50,972 nucleotides of DNA from Planctomycetota bacterium (lineage in GTDB: Bacteria; Planctomycetota; UBA1135). The stretch covers positions 1 through 50,972 of the forward strand of contig JALUVI010000069.1 of assembly GCA_027020785.1 (NCBI GenBank), written 5' to 3'. The notes beneath the pieces were generated by a model, which saw only the letters and a program-made list of their open reading frames with translations, did no database searches and was not told where the DNA came from. The first letter of the stretch is position 1. Every line of letters starts with the position of its first letter. Of this stretch, positions 17,451 through 26,367 are shown piece by piece. The translations under genes were made by a program, and so were the position numbers.

Positions 17451-17660
17451 TCAGGCGTTCTGCTTCTTGCAGGTGTTCAGACCGAGCACCTTGTAGAGCG
17501 GTCAGAACCCCACCAAGGCCGTGATCAGGGCGATGGCCCCCACGACCCAGGCCGCCCAGAGCATCCAGCCCTCGGGCTCCTGGAACCAGGCGTAGCCGAC
17601 CAGGGCCAGCCCGACGACGAGACGAAGGGCGCGATCGGCGCCCCCGACGTTGCACTGCAT
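17451..17660 (-). CDS. DUF2892 (YgaP-like transmembrane) protein with selenocysteine replacing the conserved Cys (in-frame TGA at 17504-17502)
   Basis: MQCNVGGADRALRLVVGLALVGYAWFQEPEGWMLWAAWVVGAIALITALVGF-U-PLYKVLGLNTCKKQNA. DUF2892 proteins end with GFCPLY..LG..TC. The track ORF stops at the TGA, but the frame stays open for 16 more family-typical codons. GAGGAGG lies 6 nt upstream of the ATG. Confidence 0.8.
17471..17491 (-). promoter_or_regulatory. SECIS element (fdhF-like) for the DUF2892 gene
   Basis: The mRNA reads AGGUG-C-UC-[GGUCU]-GA-A-CACCU: a 5-bp stem, a C/A mismatch, a 2-bp stem, and apical GGUC at +22..+25 from the U of UGA. This is the same spacing as G23/U24 of E. coli fdhF. 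Confidence 0.7.
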
Positions 17661-17991
17661 CGGAAACCTCCTCGTGAGAAGGACCGGGAGGCCAGGAGGG
17701 ACTCCCCATGTCCATGAGCGTAACCGCCGACCTCGGAAACTGGCCACGCAGACTGTGCTGACCGGAAAAAGGCGTGACCGCAGCCGTCCCGACCCGTCTT
17801 CCTCGGTGTGGAGGCGCAGGATCGGCGCCCCCTCGGGGTGTGAAGCGGCCCCGGAGGGACGCCGCCCACCCCGAGCGAGGCCGGGAGGAGCTCGCGGCGG
17901 AAGGGGTGCGTGCGCGGCAGGCAGCGCCGCGAGGCGGTGGTCCGACGCCGGGGTCCAGAACACCCTGCGCAGCCAGTTTCCGTGCTTGCGG

Positions 17992-17997
17992 TATCCT
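17992..17997 (+). promoter_or_regulatory. -10-like box TATCCT, 6 nt upstream of ATG 18004
   Basis: GCGGTATCCTGCCCCCATG. Confidence 0.4.
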
Positions 17998-18003
17998 GCC
18001 CCC

Positions 18004-18537
18004 ATGGGACGCCTCCTCCGCCTCCTGGACGGCCACGAGGAGCTCCGGGCGGCGCTACGAGCACACCAGGAGGCCGTGGCGGCTGGGGACCTCGAGGCGG
18101 CGCGGACGGCGTGGGACCGGTTCCACGCTCGGCTCGACGCCCACTCCCGGGCCGAGGACGAGCTCCTGCTGCCCCGACTCGCGGCCGGCGGACCGACCTC
18201 GGTCGGCGGCGGAGTCGAGCTCTTCGACCGCGAGCACCGCAAGCTGCGCCGACTCGCCGCCGCCGCGCACCGGCGCATCCACGACGCCGCCGTCGGCGAG
18301 CTGCCGCCGGGGCTTCGGGTCGACTGGATCGAGGCGCTCCACGTCCTGAAGGAGCTGCTCGCCCACCACGACGAGCGCGAGCGCGCTGCCTTGCACCCGG
18401 TGCTCGAGGACCGGCTCGGCGCAGCCGAGGCCGACGAGCTGGCCCGCCGCTGCAGCGACCGCGAGGCCGAACTCGCCGCCGCCTGGACCGGCCCCCTCGG
18501 CGCGGACGTCGTGGAGGGGCCGCGGTCGGCATCCTAG
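18004..18537 (+). CDS. hemerythrin-like (HHE cation-binding) domain protein
   Basis: Repeated H...E/D helices: DAHSRAEDELLLP, FDREHRKL, LLAHHDERE. This is the internal real part of ORF 17650..18537. Confidence 0.55.
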   Translation: MGRLLRLLDGHEELRAALRAHQEAVAAGDLEAARTAWDRFHARLDAHSRAEDELLLPRLAAGGPTSVGGGVELFDREHRKLRRLAAAAHRRIHDAAVGELPPGLRVDWIEALHVLKELLAHHDERERAALHPVLEDRLGAAEADELARRCSDREAELAAAWTGPLGADVVEGPRSAS

Positions 18538-18546
18538 GAACCCGCC

Positions 18547-19206
18547 ATGTCCCTCCCCACCTCCCCCACGCCCCCCATCGTCCTGCGCCTCGGCCTGGCC
18601 CTCGGTCTCGCCGCCGCGGTCGCCCTCGCCGCTTCCTGCTGCGCCGAAGAGCCCGTGCCCGACGCCCGGCCCGCGGCCCGCGCCGCCTGGACCCCGGTCC
18701 CGGCGGAGGAACTCGCTCCGGCCGAGGCCGAGGCGGTGGCCGCGGCGCGGGCCGCCAAGAAGGAGCTGGCCGGACGCCTGGTCGGGCGGCTCACCGAGGT
18801 GCTGTCGCAGCAGGGGCCGGCGGCCGCCATCGAGGTCTGCCACCTGGACGCGCCGCGCATCACCGGGGCGGTCGCCGAGGAGCAGGGCCTGCGCCTCGGT
18901 CGCACCAGCCACCGCCTGCGCAACCCCATGAACGCCCCTCCCCCCTGGGCCGAGCCCTGGGTCGCCGAACGACACGACCAGCCGCTGGTACTGCGCGGCC
19001 CGGACGGTCGGCTCGGCATCCTCGATCCCATCCCCCTGCAGCCGCTGTGCGTCACCTGCCACGGCCCGCAGGAGTCCATCCCCACCGAGGTCGCCGAACG
19101 CCTCGCCGCCCTGTACCCGGAGGACCGCGCCACGGGGTTCCGCCCGGGCGACCTGCGGGGATGGTTCTGGATGGAGACGCGCGCAGAGGAAGGGACGGAG
19201 GGATGA
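18547..19206 (+). CDS. DUF3365-like lipoprotein with a c-type heme motif
   Basis: Lipobox LAASCC and a CVTCH (CxxCH) motif. The pattern ...AIEVCH...GRTSHRLRNP... resembles the DUF3365 / Tll0287 family (from memory). Confidence 0.6.
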   Translation: MSLPTSPTPPIVLRLGLALGLAAAVALAASCCAEEPVPDARPAARAAWTPVPAEELAPAEAEAVAAARAAKKELAGRLVGRLTEVLSQQGPAAAIEVCHLDAPRITGAVAEEQGLRLGRTSHRLRNPMNAPPPWAEPWVAERHDQPLVLRGPDGRLGILDPIPLQPLCVTCHGPQESIPTEVAERLAALYPEDRATGFRPGDLRGWFWMETRAEEGTEG

Positions 19207-20375
19207 GGCGCACCGCCCCCCAGGAACGGGAACCGGCCCCACGGACCGGGTCGTCCACCAGACCGGCATCCGCATGCCGCTGCGGGGCCAGGGTTCCTGG
19301 AGCTCCCTCTGCGCAGGGCTGCAACCGGGGCCCGTTGCGTGCACGAGCCCTCTTCGCCCTGGGACTCGCTCTGGCCCCGCCCCAGTCCGGGGGGCCGGTT
19401 CCCACGGTCGGCGCGCCGCCCGATCCCTACGACCACGTCCTCGTCGTCGGCGTGGACGGCCTGCGCAGCGATGCCCTGCTGCTCGACGGGGTGGACTTCC
19501 CCGCGCTCGACCGCCTCTGCGGGCAGGCCGTCACCTGGAACGCCCGCACCGACCCCGACTGGACCGTGACCCTGCCGAACTTCACTGGGGTCCTCACCGG
19601 GCGTCTGGTCGAAGGCCCGAAGGGGCACGGCTGGCGCGAGAACCGCACGCCCCACCCCGGACGACGCCTGGTCGGCCCCGACGGCGAACCGGTGCCCGGC
19701 CTGTTCCACGTCAGCGCGGCCGCCGGGGTCGCCGGCTACCTCGGCGCCGGCAAGGACAAGTTCGTCCTGTTCGACCGCTCGTGGAACGACGACGCCGAGC
19801 GCTTCACCTACGTGCGCCACCGCGACGCCGCGGATGGGGTGCGCCACCTGCTCGCCTGGTGGGACTCCGACCCCGCCCCCCGCACCGTCGCCTTTCTCCA
19901 CCTCGCCGAGTGCGACGCCGCCGGACACGCCGAGGGCTGGGACCTGACCCCGGGGTCGGCCTACCTCGAAGCGGTGGCGACCGTGGACGCGCAGCTCGAG
20001 CGCGTCCTCGCGTGGCTCGACGAACACCCCGAACGTCGGGCCCGCACCGCCGTCGTCCTCACCGCCGACCACGGCGGCGGCGTCCCGCTGGAGAACCACC
20101 ACGGCCTGGGACACCTGTGGACCAACTACGTGATCCCGTTCGCGCTGTGGACCGGCGACGCCCGCTGGACGGGCCCCCTCTACGACCTCGCCGGCGACGC
20201 CCGCCGCGACCCCGGGCTGTGGGATCCGCGGCCCGATGCGGAGGCGCCCCCGCCCATCCGCAACGCCGAGGCCGCCAACCTGGCGCTGGCCCTCCTCGGC
20301 CTGCCGCCCGTTCCGGGGTCCACCGTCGGCGCCCACCGGCCGCTGCTCGCCGTCCCGACCGCCGCTACGCGCTGA
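19203..20375 (+). CDS. alkaline-phosphatase superfamily enzyme (nucleotide pyrophosphatase/phosphodiesterase-like)
   Basis: Motifs VGVDGLRSD, TVTLPNFTGVLTG, CDAAGHAEG and LTADHGG. The ATG at 19203 overlaps the upstream stop (ATGA). An alternative TTG at 19335 gives a cleaner signal peptide. Confidence 0.75.
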   Translation: MRRTAPQEREPAPRTGSSTRPASACRCGARVPGAPSAQGCNRGPLRARALFALGLALAPPQSGGPVPTVGAPPDPYDHVLVVGVDGLRSDALLLDGVDFPALDRLCGQAVTWNARTDPDWTVTLPNFTGVLTGRLVEGPKGHGWRENRTPHPGRRLVGPDGEPVPGLFHVSAAAGVAGYLGAGKDKFVLFDRSWNDDAERFTYVRHRDAADGVRHLLAWWDSDPAPRTVAFLHLAECDAAGHAEGWDLTPGSAYLEAVATVDAQLERVLAWLDEHPERRARTAVVLTADHGGGVPLENHHGLGHLWTNYVIPFALWTGDARWTGPLYDLAGDARRDPGLWDPRPDAEAPPPIRNAEAANLALALLGLPPVPGSTVGAHRPLLAVPTAATR

Positions 20376-20382
20376 CCCGTCC

Positions 20383-21879
20383 GTGCCCGAACCCGCACCG
20401 CCCTTCCTCGCCCTCGACCAGGGCACGACCAGCACCCGCGCCATGCTGTTCTCTTCGGACGGCGAGGTCGTGGCCGTCGCCCAACGCGAGCTGCCGGCCG
20501 CCTTCCCGGCGCCGGGCTGGGTCGAACACGACCCGGAACGCATCCACGCCGACGCCGAGGCCGTGATCCGCGACTGCCTCGCGACAGCCGGCGTCGCCCC
20601 CGCCGCGATCGGCGGCCTCGGCATCACCAACCAACGTGAGACCGTGGTGGTGTGGGAACGCGCCACCGGCCGCCCCATCCACCCCGCCATCGTCTGGCAG
20701 GACCGGCGCACCGCCGAGACCTGCCGCCGCCTGCAGGACGAAGGGCACCAGGACTGGGTGCGCGAGCGCACCGGACTCCTGCTCGACCCCTACTTCTCCG
20801 CGACCAAGATCGCCTGGATCCTCGACCAGGTCCCCGGCGCGCGCGCCGCCGCCGAGCGCGGCGAGCTCGCCGCCGGCACCGTGGACTGCTGGCTCACCTG
20901 GCGCCTGACCGGCGGCCGGGTCCACGCCACCGACGCCAGCAACGCCTCGCGCACCCTGCTCTACGACCTGGTCCACGGCGCCTGGAACGAGGAACTGTGC
21001 CGCTTCTTCGACGTGCCCCCGGCCCTCCTCCCCGAGGTCCGCGACACCGTCGCCGACTACGGCGCCGCCGAAGTCGCCGGGTTGGACGGCGCGCTCGCCA
21101 TCCGCACCCTGGTCGGCGACCAGCAGTCTGCGGCCTTCGGCCAGGCCTGCTTCGCGCCCGGCGACGTCAAGGCGACCTACGGCACCGGCTGTTTCACCGT
21201 GCAGAACACCGGCGCCGAACCGGTGTGGTCGGAGCGCATGCTCCTCACCACCGTGCTGTGGCGCCTCGACGGCGCCACCACCTACGCCATCGAGGGCTCC
21301 AGCTTCAACGCCGGCACCGCGGTGCAGTGGCTGCGCGACGGGCTCGGCCTGTTCGACGACGCCGCCGAGACCGAGGAACTGGCGCGACACGCCGACCCGC
21401 GCCAGCGCGTCTACCTGGTGCCGGCCTTCACCGGACTCGGTGCGCCGTGGTGGGACCCCGACGCGCGCGCCGCAATCCATGGCCTGACCCGCGAGGTCGG
21501 ACGCCCCGAACTGGTCCGCGCCGCTCTCGAAGCGGTGTGCTTCCAGACCCGCGACCTGCTCGAGGCCGCGGCCGCCGACGGCGCGCCGGCGCCGCGCGAG
21601 CTGCGCGTGGACGGCGGCATGGTCCGCAACGACTGGCTGCTCCAGGCCCTCGCCGACCTGCTCGGACTGCCCGTCGCCCGCCCGGCGGTGGTCGAGACCA
21701 CCGCCCTCGGCGCCGCGCGGCTGGCCGCCCTCGGCGCCGGGTACCATGAAGGATTGGACGCCGTCGCCGCCGCATGGCGGGCCGAACGCCGCGCCGCCCC
21801 GGCGATGCCCGAGGACGAGCGCGAGGAGCGCTGGGCCGGGTGGCGCGAAGCGGTGCGCCGCACCCTGACCCGTCGCTGA
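20383..21879 (+). CDS. glpK: glycerol kinase
   Basis: ALDQGTTSTRAMLF, GWVEHDP, ITNQRETVVVW and a FGGY C-terminal domain. GTG start at 20383 within ORF 20236..21879. Confidence 0.92.
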   Translation: MPEPAPPFLALDQGTTSTRAMLFSSDGEVVAVAQRELPAAFPAPGWVEHDPERIHADAEAVIRDCLATAGVAPAAIGGLGITNQRETVVVWERATGRPIHPAIVWQDRRTAETCRRLQDEGHQDWVRERTGLLLDPYFSATKIAWILDQVPGARAAAERGELAAGTVDCWLTWRLTGGRVHATDASNASRTLLYDLVHGAWNEELCRFFDVPPALLPEVRDTVADYGAAEVAGLDGALAIRTLVGDQQSAAFGQACFAPGDVKATYGTGCFTVQNTGAEPVWSERMLLTTVLWRLDGATTYAIEGSSFNAGTAVQWLRDGLGLFDDAAETEELARHADPRQRVYLVPAFTGLGAPWWDPDARAAIHGLTREVGRPELVRAALEAVCFQTRDLLEAAAADGAPAPRELRVDGGMVRNDWLLQALADLLGLPVARPAVVETTALGAARLAALGAGYHEGLDAVAAAWRAERRAAPAMPEDEREERWAGWREAVRRTLTRR

Positions 21880-21886
21880 AGACTCG

Positions 21887-24028
21887 ATGAACCCGCTGGT
21901 CCGCAACCACGCCCTCTGGACCGGGATGCGCCGCATCCTGCTCCTGGGCGTCGGTGCGCTCCTCCTGATGTCGGGCTACCGACTCGCCTTCGTCCTGCGC
22001 TATGCGCACCCCGAGCTCTGGCGCGACTTCCTCGCCGACCTCCCCGCGGCCTTCCTGCGCGGCGCCCTGCACGACCTGCGCATCGTGATCGTGTTCCTGG
22101 CGCCCCTGGCCCTGTCGCTGGCGTGGCTGCGCGACCGCGGCGAGGCCTCGTGGCGGCGCTGGCTGCGTTTCGCCTTCTGGTGGAGCTTCGTCGGCATCGT
22201 CCTCCTGGTCACCGTCCTCACCGCGGACATGGTGTTCTACAGCTACTTCCAGAGCCACTTCACCGTGCTGGCCTGGGGCTTCCTCGAGGACGACCTGCGC
22301 GCCGTGACCCGCGGCGCCATGAAGATCTATCCGATTCCGCTCTACCTGCTGCTGATCGGCATCGCAGCGACGGCGCTGTTCCGCCTGCTCCAGCGCGCCT
22401 GGACCCCCGGCGACTTCCTCCAGCCCCACCACCGTACGCCGCCGCCCCACCTGGTCCAGCGCCAGCTCCTGCGCCTGCTCACGTCGTTCGGCGCCGGCAT
22501 CCTGCTGCTCGTGGTGTGGCCGGCGGCGGCGACGCCGCGCGAGGATCCGCGTCCGGCGGCCCCCTTCGTGCACGAGATCCCGATGAACGGCGTCGAGGCC
22601 TTCGCCGACGCCGTGTGGACCCGATTGCGCGAGGAACCGCTGTCGGTGGCGACCCGGATGGGCTTCGGGCGAGACCCCGACGAAGCCCTGGCCGTCTGGG
22701 CCGGCTCCGCCCCCGACGGCCGCCCGGAACCGGGCGGCCTCCTCACCGCCCTGCCGGAACCCGCGATGACACCGCGCCCGACCTGGGACGCGCCGCCCCA
22801 CGTCGTCGTCGTCGTGATGGAGAGCTTCTCGCTCCACCTGCTGCGCTGGCAGGGCCCCGAGTTCGACCTGCTCGGCCCGCTCGCGAAGTACTGGGACCGC
22901 GGCATCCTCTGGCGGCGCTTCCTCCCCAGCGACAACGGCTCGGCCGGCTCCATCCTGTCGCTGCTCTCGGGGCTGCCCTATCGCCCCGGCACCAAACAGC
23001 TGTCGCAGTCCGAGGACTTCCACGACCGCGCGCTGCCGACTGCACCCGCGCGCTGGTTCCGCACGTGGGGCTACCACACCCGCTTCGTCTACGGCGGTCC
23101 CCTGACCTGGCGCAATCTCGGCGAATTCGCCCCGTTGCAGGGCTTCGACGAGGTGGTGGGCCAGGAGGCGTTGCTCGCGGAACTCGGCCTGCGCCGCGAG
23201 GACGCCGCCGGCGAATGGGGCGTCTGGGACGAACACCTGTTCCGCGCCCTCGCCGACCGCCTGGAGTCGGCCGAAGGGCCGACGTTCCTGATGAGCTTCA
23301 CGACCAGCAACCACCCGCCGCACGAGTTGCCGGAAGGAACGGAGCTCCCCACGCTGACCCCGCCGCCGGGACTGCTGGAGCGGAACGGCGGACCACTGGA
23401 CGAGCTGCAGCACCTGCAGCTGCGCACCTATCAGTACGCCTGCCACCGCCTTGGACTGTTCCTCGACGAACTCGACCGCAAGGGCCTGCTCGACCACACC
23501 GTCGTCGCCGTGACCGGCGACCACACCATCGGCACGGGGATCCCCTTCAGCCACCGCGAGGCGCTGCTCGAGCGCGCCGTGCCGTTCCTGTTGTTGGTCC
23601 CCGACCGGGTGCGCCGCGAGCTCGTACCCGACGAAACGACGCCCGGCGGACATCCGGACGTCGTTCCCACCCTGATCCAGGCGGCGGGACTCGGTGGTCG
23701 CGGCTGGCGCGGGCTCGGGCACAGCCTGCTGGACCGCACAGCCAAACCGCTCGCGTCCAACCCCGCCGGCATCGTGATCGGCCGGGTCGGCGCGGTGCTG
23801 GAGTTCCCGGACGGCTACGGGACGATGACCTGGATGGACGACGGCCCGGGACTCGAGCCCTGTCCACCGTCGCCGGCGCACGAGCGCCTCCTCCTCCGCA
23901 GCAGGGCCTTCCTGGCGCTGGCCGACTGGTTGCTCTGGGAGGCGGCGCGCCCCGGGCCCGAGGCGTCACGGCAGGGTGTCCGGGCGATGGAAGCCGTCGA
24001 GGTCGGGAAGGCCGCGACTTCCGACTGA
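21887..24028 (+). CDS. LTA-synthase / phosphoglycerol-transferase family membrane sulfatase-fold protein
   Basis: N-terminal multi-TM region followed by an extracytoplasmic sulfatase-like domain (VVVVMESF, TSNHPP, VAVTGDH). Confidence 0.75.
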   Translation: MNPLVRNHALWTGMRRILLLGVGALLLMSGYRLAFVLRYAHPELWRDFLADLPAAFLRGALHDLRIVIVFLAPLALSLAWLRDRGEASWRRWLRFAFWWSFVGIVLLVTVLTADMVFYSYFQSHFTVLAWGFLEDDLRAVTRGAMKIYPIPLYLLLIGIAATALFRLLQRAWTPGDFLQPHHRTPPPHLVQRQLLRLLTSFGAGILLLVVWPAAATPREDPRPAAPFVHEIPMNGVEAFADAVWTRLREEPLSVATRMGFGRDPDEALAVWAGSAPDGRPEPGGLLTALPEPAMTPRPTWDAPPHVVVVVMESFSLHLLRWQGPEFDLLGPLAKYWDRGILWRRFLPSDNGSAGSILSLLSGLPYRPGTKQLSQSEDFHDRALPTAPARWFRTWGYHTRFVYGGPLTWRNLGEFAPLQGFDEVVGQEALLAELGLRREDAAGEWGVWDEHLFRALADRLESAEGPTFLMSFTTSNHPPHELPEGTELPTLTPPPGLLERNGGPLDELQHLQLRTYQYACHRLGLFLDELDRKGLLDHTVVAVTGDHTIGTGIPFSHREALLERAVPFLLLVPDRVRRELVPDETTPGGHPDVVPTLIQAAGLGGRGWRGLGHSLLDRTAKPLASNPAGIVIGRVGAVLEFPDGYGTMTWMDDGPGLEPCPPSPAHERLLLRSRAFLALADWLLWEAARPGPEASRQGVRAMEAVEVGKAATSD

Positions 24029-24057
24029 TCCTCCCCGTTGCCGCTCCTCTCCGATGG

Positions 24058-24063
24058 CATACT
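24058..24063 (+). promoter_or_regulatory. -10-like box CATACT, 6 nt upstream of ATG 24070 (cassette copy 1)
   Basis: GGCATACTAGGGGCATG. Copy 2 has a near-identical context. Confidence 0.4.
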
Positions 24064-24069
24064 AGGGGC

Positions 24070-25086
24070 ATGCCCGTATTCCTCCGTCTGCTCTTCGTCC
24101 TCCTCGCGCCCTTCGCCTGCGCCGGGGCCGCGCGCGCCTCCGCACTGCAGTGACGGCCCGCCCCCGGAGGCGGTCCGCCTCCGAGCTACGCCGGTCCCGG
24201 TGACGCCATGGGCCCCGGCGGCGCCTCTCCCGCCACCCCGGCCGCTCCCGCCGGCCCGGCGACCCCGGCCGCCCCCACCACACCCACCGGCCCCGCCGGC
24301 ACGACCGGCGCCGGCCCGACCACCGGCGGCGGCACCCTGCCGACCGAACACGGCAAGACCGCCAAGACCCTGCTCCGGATGCAGTGGAACTACCCGGTGT
24401 TCCGGCTCCCCGGCGAGGACGCCGTCCCCGAGGAGCGCAGCGGCACCGTGGCCCGGGCGGTGCGCTCGGCCCTGCCGAGGGAACGGGCCTTCCTCGAGCT
24501 CGCCGGCGACGACCGGCGCCCGCTGCTGGTGCTGCGCGAGTGCCTCTGGTGCAACGGCACCGACGACGCACTGTTGAGCCGCACCGAAGACAACGCCCGC
24601 ACCCTCCTCATGGCGCAGTGGTTCCACTGCGTGAAGCTGCCGCCCGACGTACTCGAGGAGGACCACCCGTTCCGCAACGTCTTCGCGGGCGACGACCCGC
24701 CGCACCTGATCCTCTGCGACTGGGACGGCTCCGGCGTCGTCACCCTGAAGGGCGACCAGTCGCGCACCGAACTGTGGGAGGCGATGGAGACCGTCCTCGA
24801 GCGCAACTACGTCGTCGACGTGAAGCGCAAACTGCGCGAGTGGGACCGCCTCATCGCCGACTACGACATGGCCGATGAGGAAGTGCTCCGGCTGGAGGCG
24901 CAGCTCGACCTCGCCATCGAGAAGTACGGGCCCAAGCACGCCAAGGTCCGGAAGTTGCGCAAGCAGCTCGAACGCGCACACGAGGACTTCGACAGGTTGA
25001 AGGCCCGTGAAGAGGAACTGCGCCGTCTCCCGCTGAAGGCCTCCGGCGAGGAGGACACCGCACGGTCCGACCGCGACGCCGGCTGA
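24070..25086 (+). CDS. cassette gene A1: secreted protein with signal peptide, Sec-28, Pro/Ala/Thr-rich linker, thioredoxin-fold CxxC domain and C-terminal coiled coil (TGA 24151-24153 read as selenocysteine)
   Basis: The short ORF MPVFLRLLFVLLAPFACAGAARASALQ* (24070-24153) is in frame with track ORF 24208..25086, and no other stop lies between them. The TGA aligns with Cys in paralog A2 (ASALQ-U-RPAPGGGPPP versus RAAAQ-C-PGPPPPP). Without read-through the protein would lack the signal peptide that A2 has. Confidence 0.7.
24165..24183 (+). promoter_or_regulatory. SECIS element (fdhF-like) for A1
   Basis: CGGAGGC-[GGUCC]-GCCUCCG forms a 7-8 bp perfect stem. Loop residues G24173 and U24174 are +23/+24 from the U of UGA, identical to the E. 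coli fdhF spacing. The Cys paralog has no equivalent hairpin. Confidence 0.75.
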
Positions 25087-25102
25087 CCCGAGGCGTCCCT
25101 CC

Positions 25103-26263
25103 GTGACGCACTCGTTCGCCGCCTTCGCCCTGCTCCTGGCCGTCGCTCCCAGCGCGGCGGCGCAGGAGGAGCCCCCCGGCGCCGACGACCCCTACACGCG
25201 GGGCGAACCCGAAGCCGTCGCCGCGGCCGGCTACCGTTCCCTCGGCCCCTTCACGCTGGGCGACGGCGTCACCACCACCAAGGTGGAAGAGGCGCTCGGC
25301 GGGGTCGAGGTGCGCTGGATCGAGACCGAGCACTTCCGCATCGGCTCCACGCTGGAGACCTGGAAGCTGGAGGACCGAGAGGAGAAGGCACTCCTCGCCA
25401 AGGAGCTCCGAGCGTTGCGGCAACTCCTTCCGGATGCGCCGAAGCGGGTGCGCAAGCTGGATCCGTGGCTGCGCGCCCACCTCTATGCGCTCCGGGCCGA
25501 ACGCGTCTACGACAGCGTCGCGGCCGTCCTCGGCGCCGACGGCGAGTCCCTCGAGCCCCTGCTCGGCGCCGGCGACCGGTTCGTCCTCCTGCTCTTCGCC
25601 AAGGAGAGCGAGTTCGGGCGCTTCGCCGAGCGATTCATCGGGCCGGAGGCTTCCCGTGGTTCCTTGCGCCACTACTTCCCCCGCTCACGCGTCCTGCTCT
25701 ACGCCGCCCATGCGGAGACCGACGCCTTCGCGCGCTCCGACCTCACCCTGCACTGCGCCGTCGCCTACAACCTCGCCATCTACCTGCTGGACGGCTATCG
25801 GGGCTACGGTTTCGCGCTGCCCGCCTGGCTGCCGGTCGGCTTCGGCCACCGGGTCGCGCGCAGCGTGAGCCCGAAGCAGAACTACTTCACGGACAGCCGA
25901 CTGTTCACCGCCGACGACGTCGCGGAGTGGCACTGGGCGCCTCGAGTCCGAGCGCGCGTCGCCAACGACTACTTCCCGAGCGCGCGGAAGCTCGGCGCAT
26001 GGGACGACCAGCTCGGCCTGAAGTTCGCGGACCACATGATGGCGTGGTCGCGGGTGGACCACCTGGCGCAGGCCGAACCGGAAGGCTTCGCACGTTTCCT
26101 TCGGGCCATGAAGGCGCCGTTCCCGCCCCGGGAATACCCGATCCCTCCGGAACGCCTGCTCGAGCGCCAATGGGAAGCCCTCCAGGCGGGCCTCGGCTGG
26201 ACGCCCGAGGAATGGGACGAAGCCTGGCGCGAGTGGGTGCTCGCGACCTATCCCAGGCGCTGA
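25103..26263 (+). CDS. cassette gene B1: secreted about 385-aa protein of unknown function
   Basis: GTG start and signal peptide VTHSFAAFALLLAVAPSAAAQ. Blocks conserved with B2: DPYTRGEP, AGYRSxGPF, WIETEHFRIG, DPWLRAHL, LLDGYRG, PAWLxVGxGH, WAPRVRARV, ADHMxAWSRVDHL, GWTPEEWDxAWRxWVLATYPRR. No HExxH motif. Confidence 0.7.
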   Translation: MTHSFAAFALLLAVAPSAAAQEEPPGADDPYTRGEPEAVAAAGYRSLGPFTLGDGVTTTKVEEALGGVEVRWIETEHFRIGSTLETWKLEDREEKALLAKELRALRQLLPDAPKRVRKLDPWLRAHLYALRAERVYDSVAAVLGADGESLEPLLGAGDRFVLLLFAKESEFGRFAERFIGPEASRGSLRHYFPRSRVLLYAAHAETDAFARSDLTLHCAVAYNLAIYLLDGYRGYGFALPAWLPVGFGHRVARSVSPKQNYFTDSRLFTADDVAEWHWAPRVRARVANDYFPSARKLGAWDDQLGLKFADHMMAWSRVDHLAQAEPEGFARFLRAMKAPFPPREYPIPPERLLERQWEALQAGLGWTPEEWDEAWREWVLATYPRR

Positions 26264-26354
26264 CGCAGCACCGAGCCCCCTACGGAACGGCGTTCCACGC
26301 GGGAAGCGCCCCAAGAAACCGAACGAAGCGGGGGTTTCCCGCCCATCCGAAGGG

Positions 26355-26360
26355 CATACT
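26355..26360 (+). promoter_or_regulatory. -10-like box CATACT, 7 nt upstream of ATG 26368 (cassette copy 2)
   Basis: GGGCATACTGGAGGGCATG. Confidence 0.4.
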
Positions 26361-26367
26361 GGAGGGC

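Noticed and set aside
17441-17453. The near-palindrome TGACCCGGGGTCA, which contains the stop codons of both convergent genes (the SbcC-like gene and the DUF2892 gene), considered as a possible bidirectional terminator.
   Set aside because: The stem is only about 5 bp and there is no U-tract on either strand. This is too weak to call.
24151-24153. The alternative reading of the three in-frame TGAs (6901, 17502, 24151) as ordinary stops or nonsense pseudogenes arising from a single-base TGC-to-TGA change.
   Set aside because: I have not excluded this, but it seems less likely. All three TGAs fall on redox-Cys columns, and the downstream frames remain open and family-typical. Two are followed by GGUC-loop hairpins at the exact fdhF spacing. 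It is kept as the explicit refutation test in the findings.
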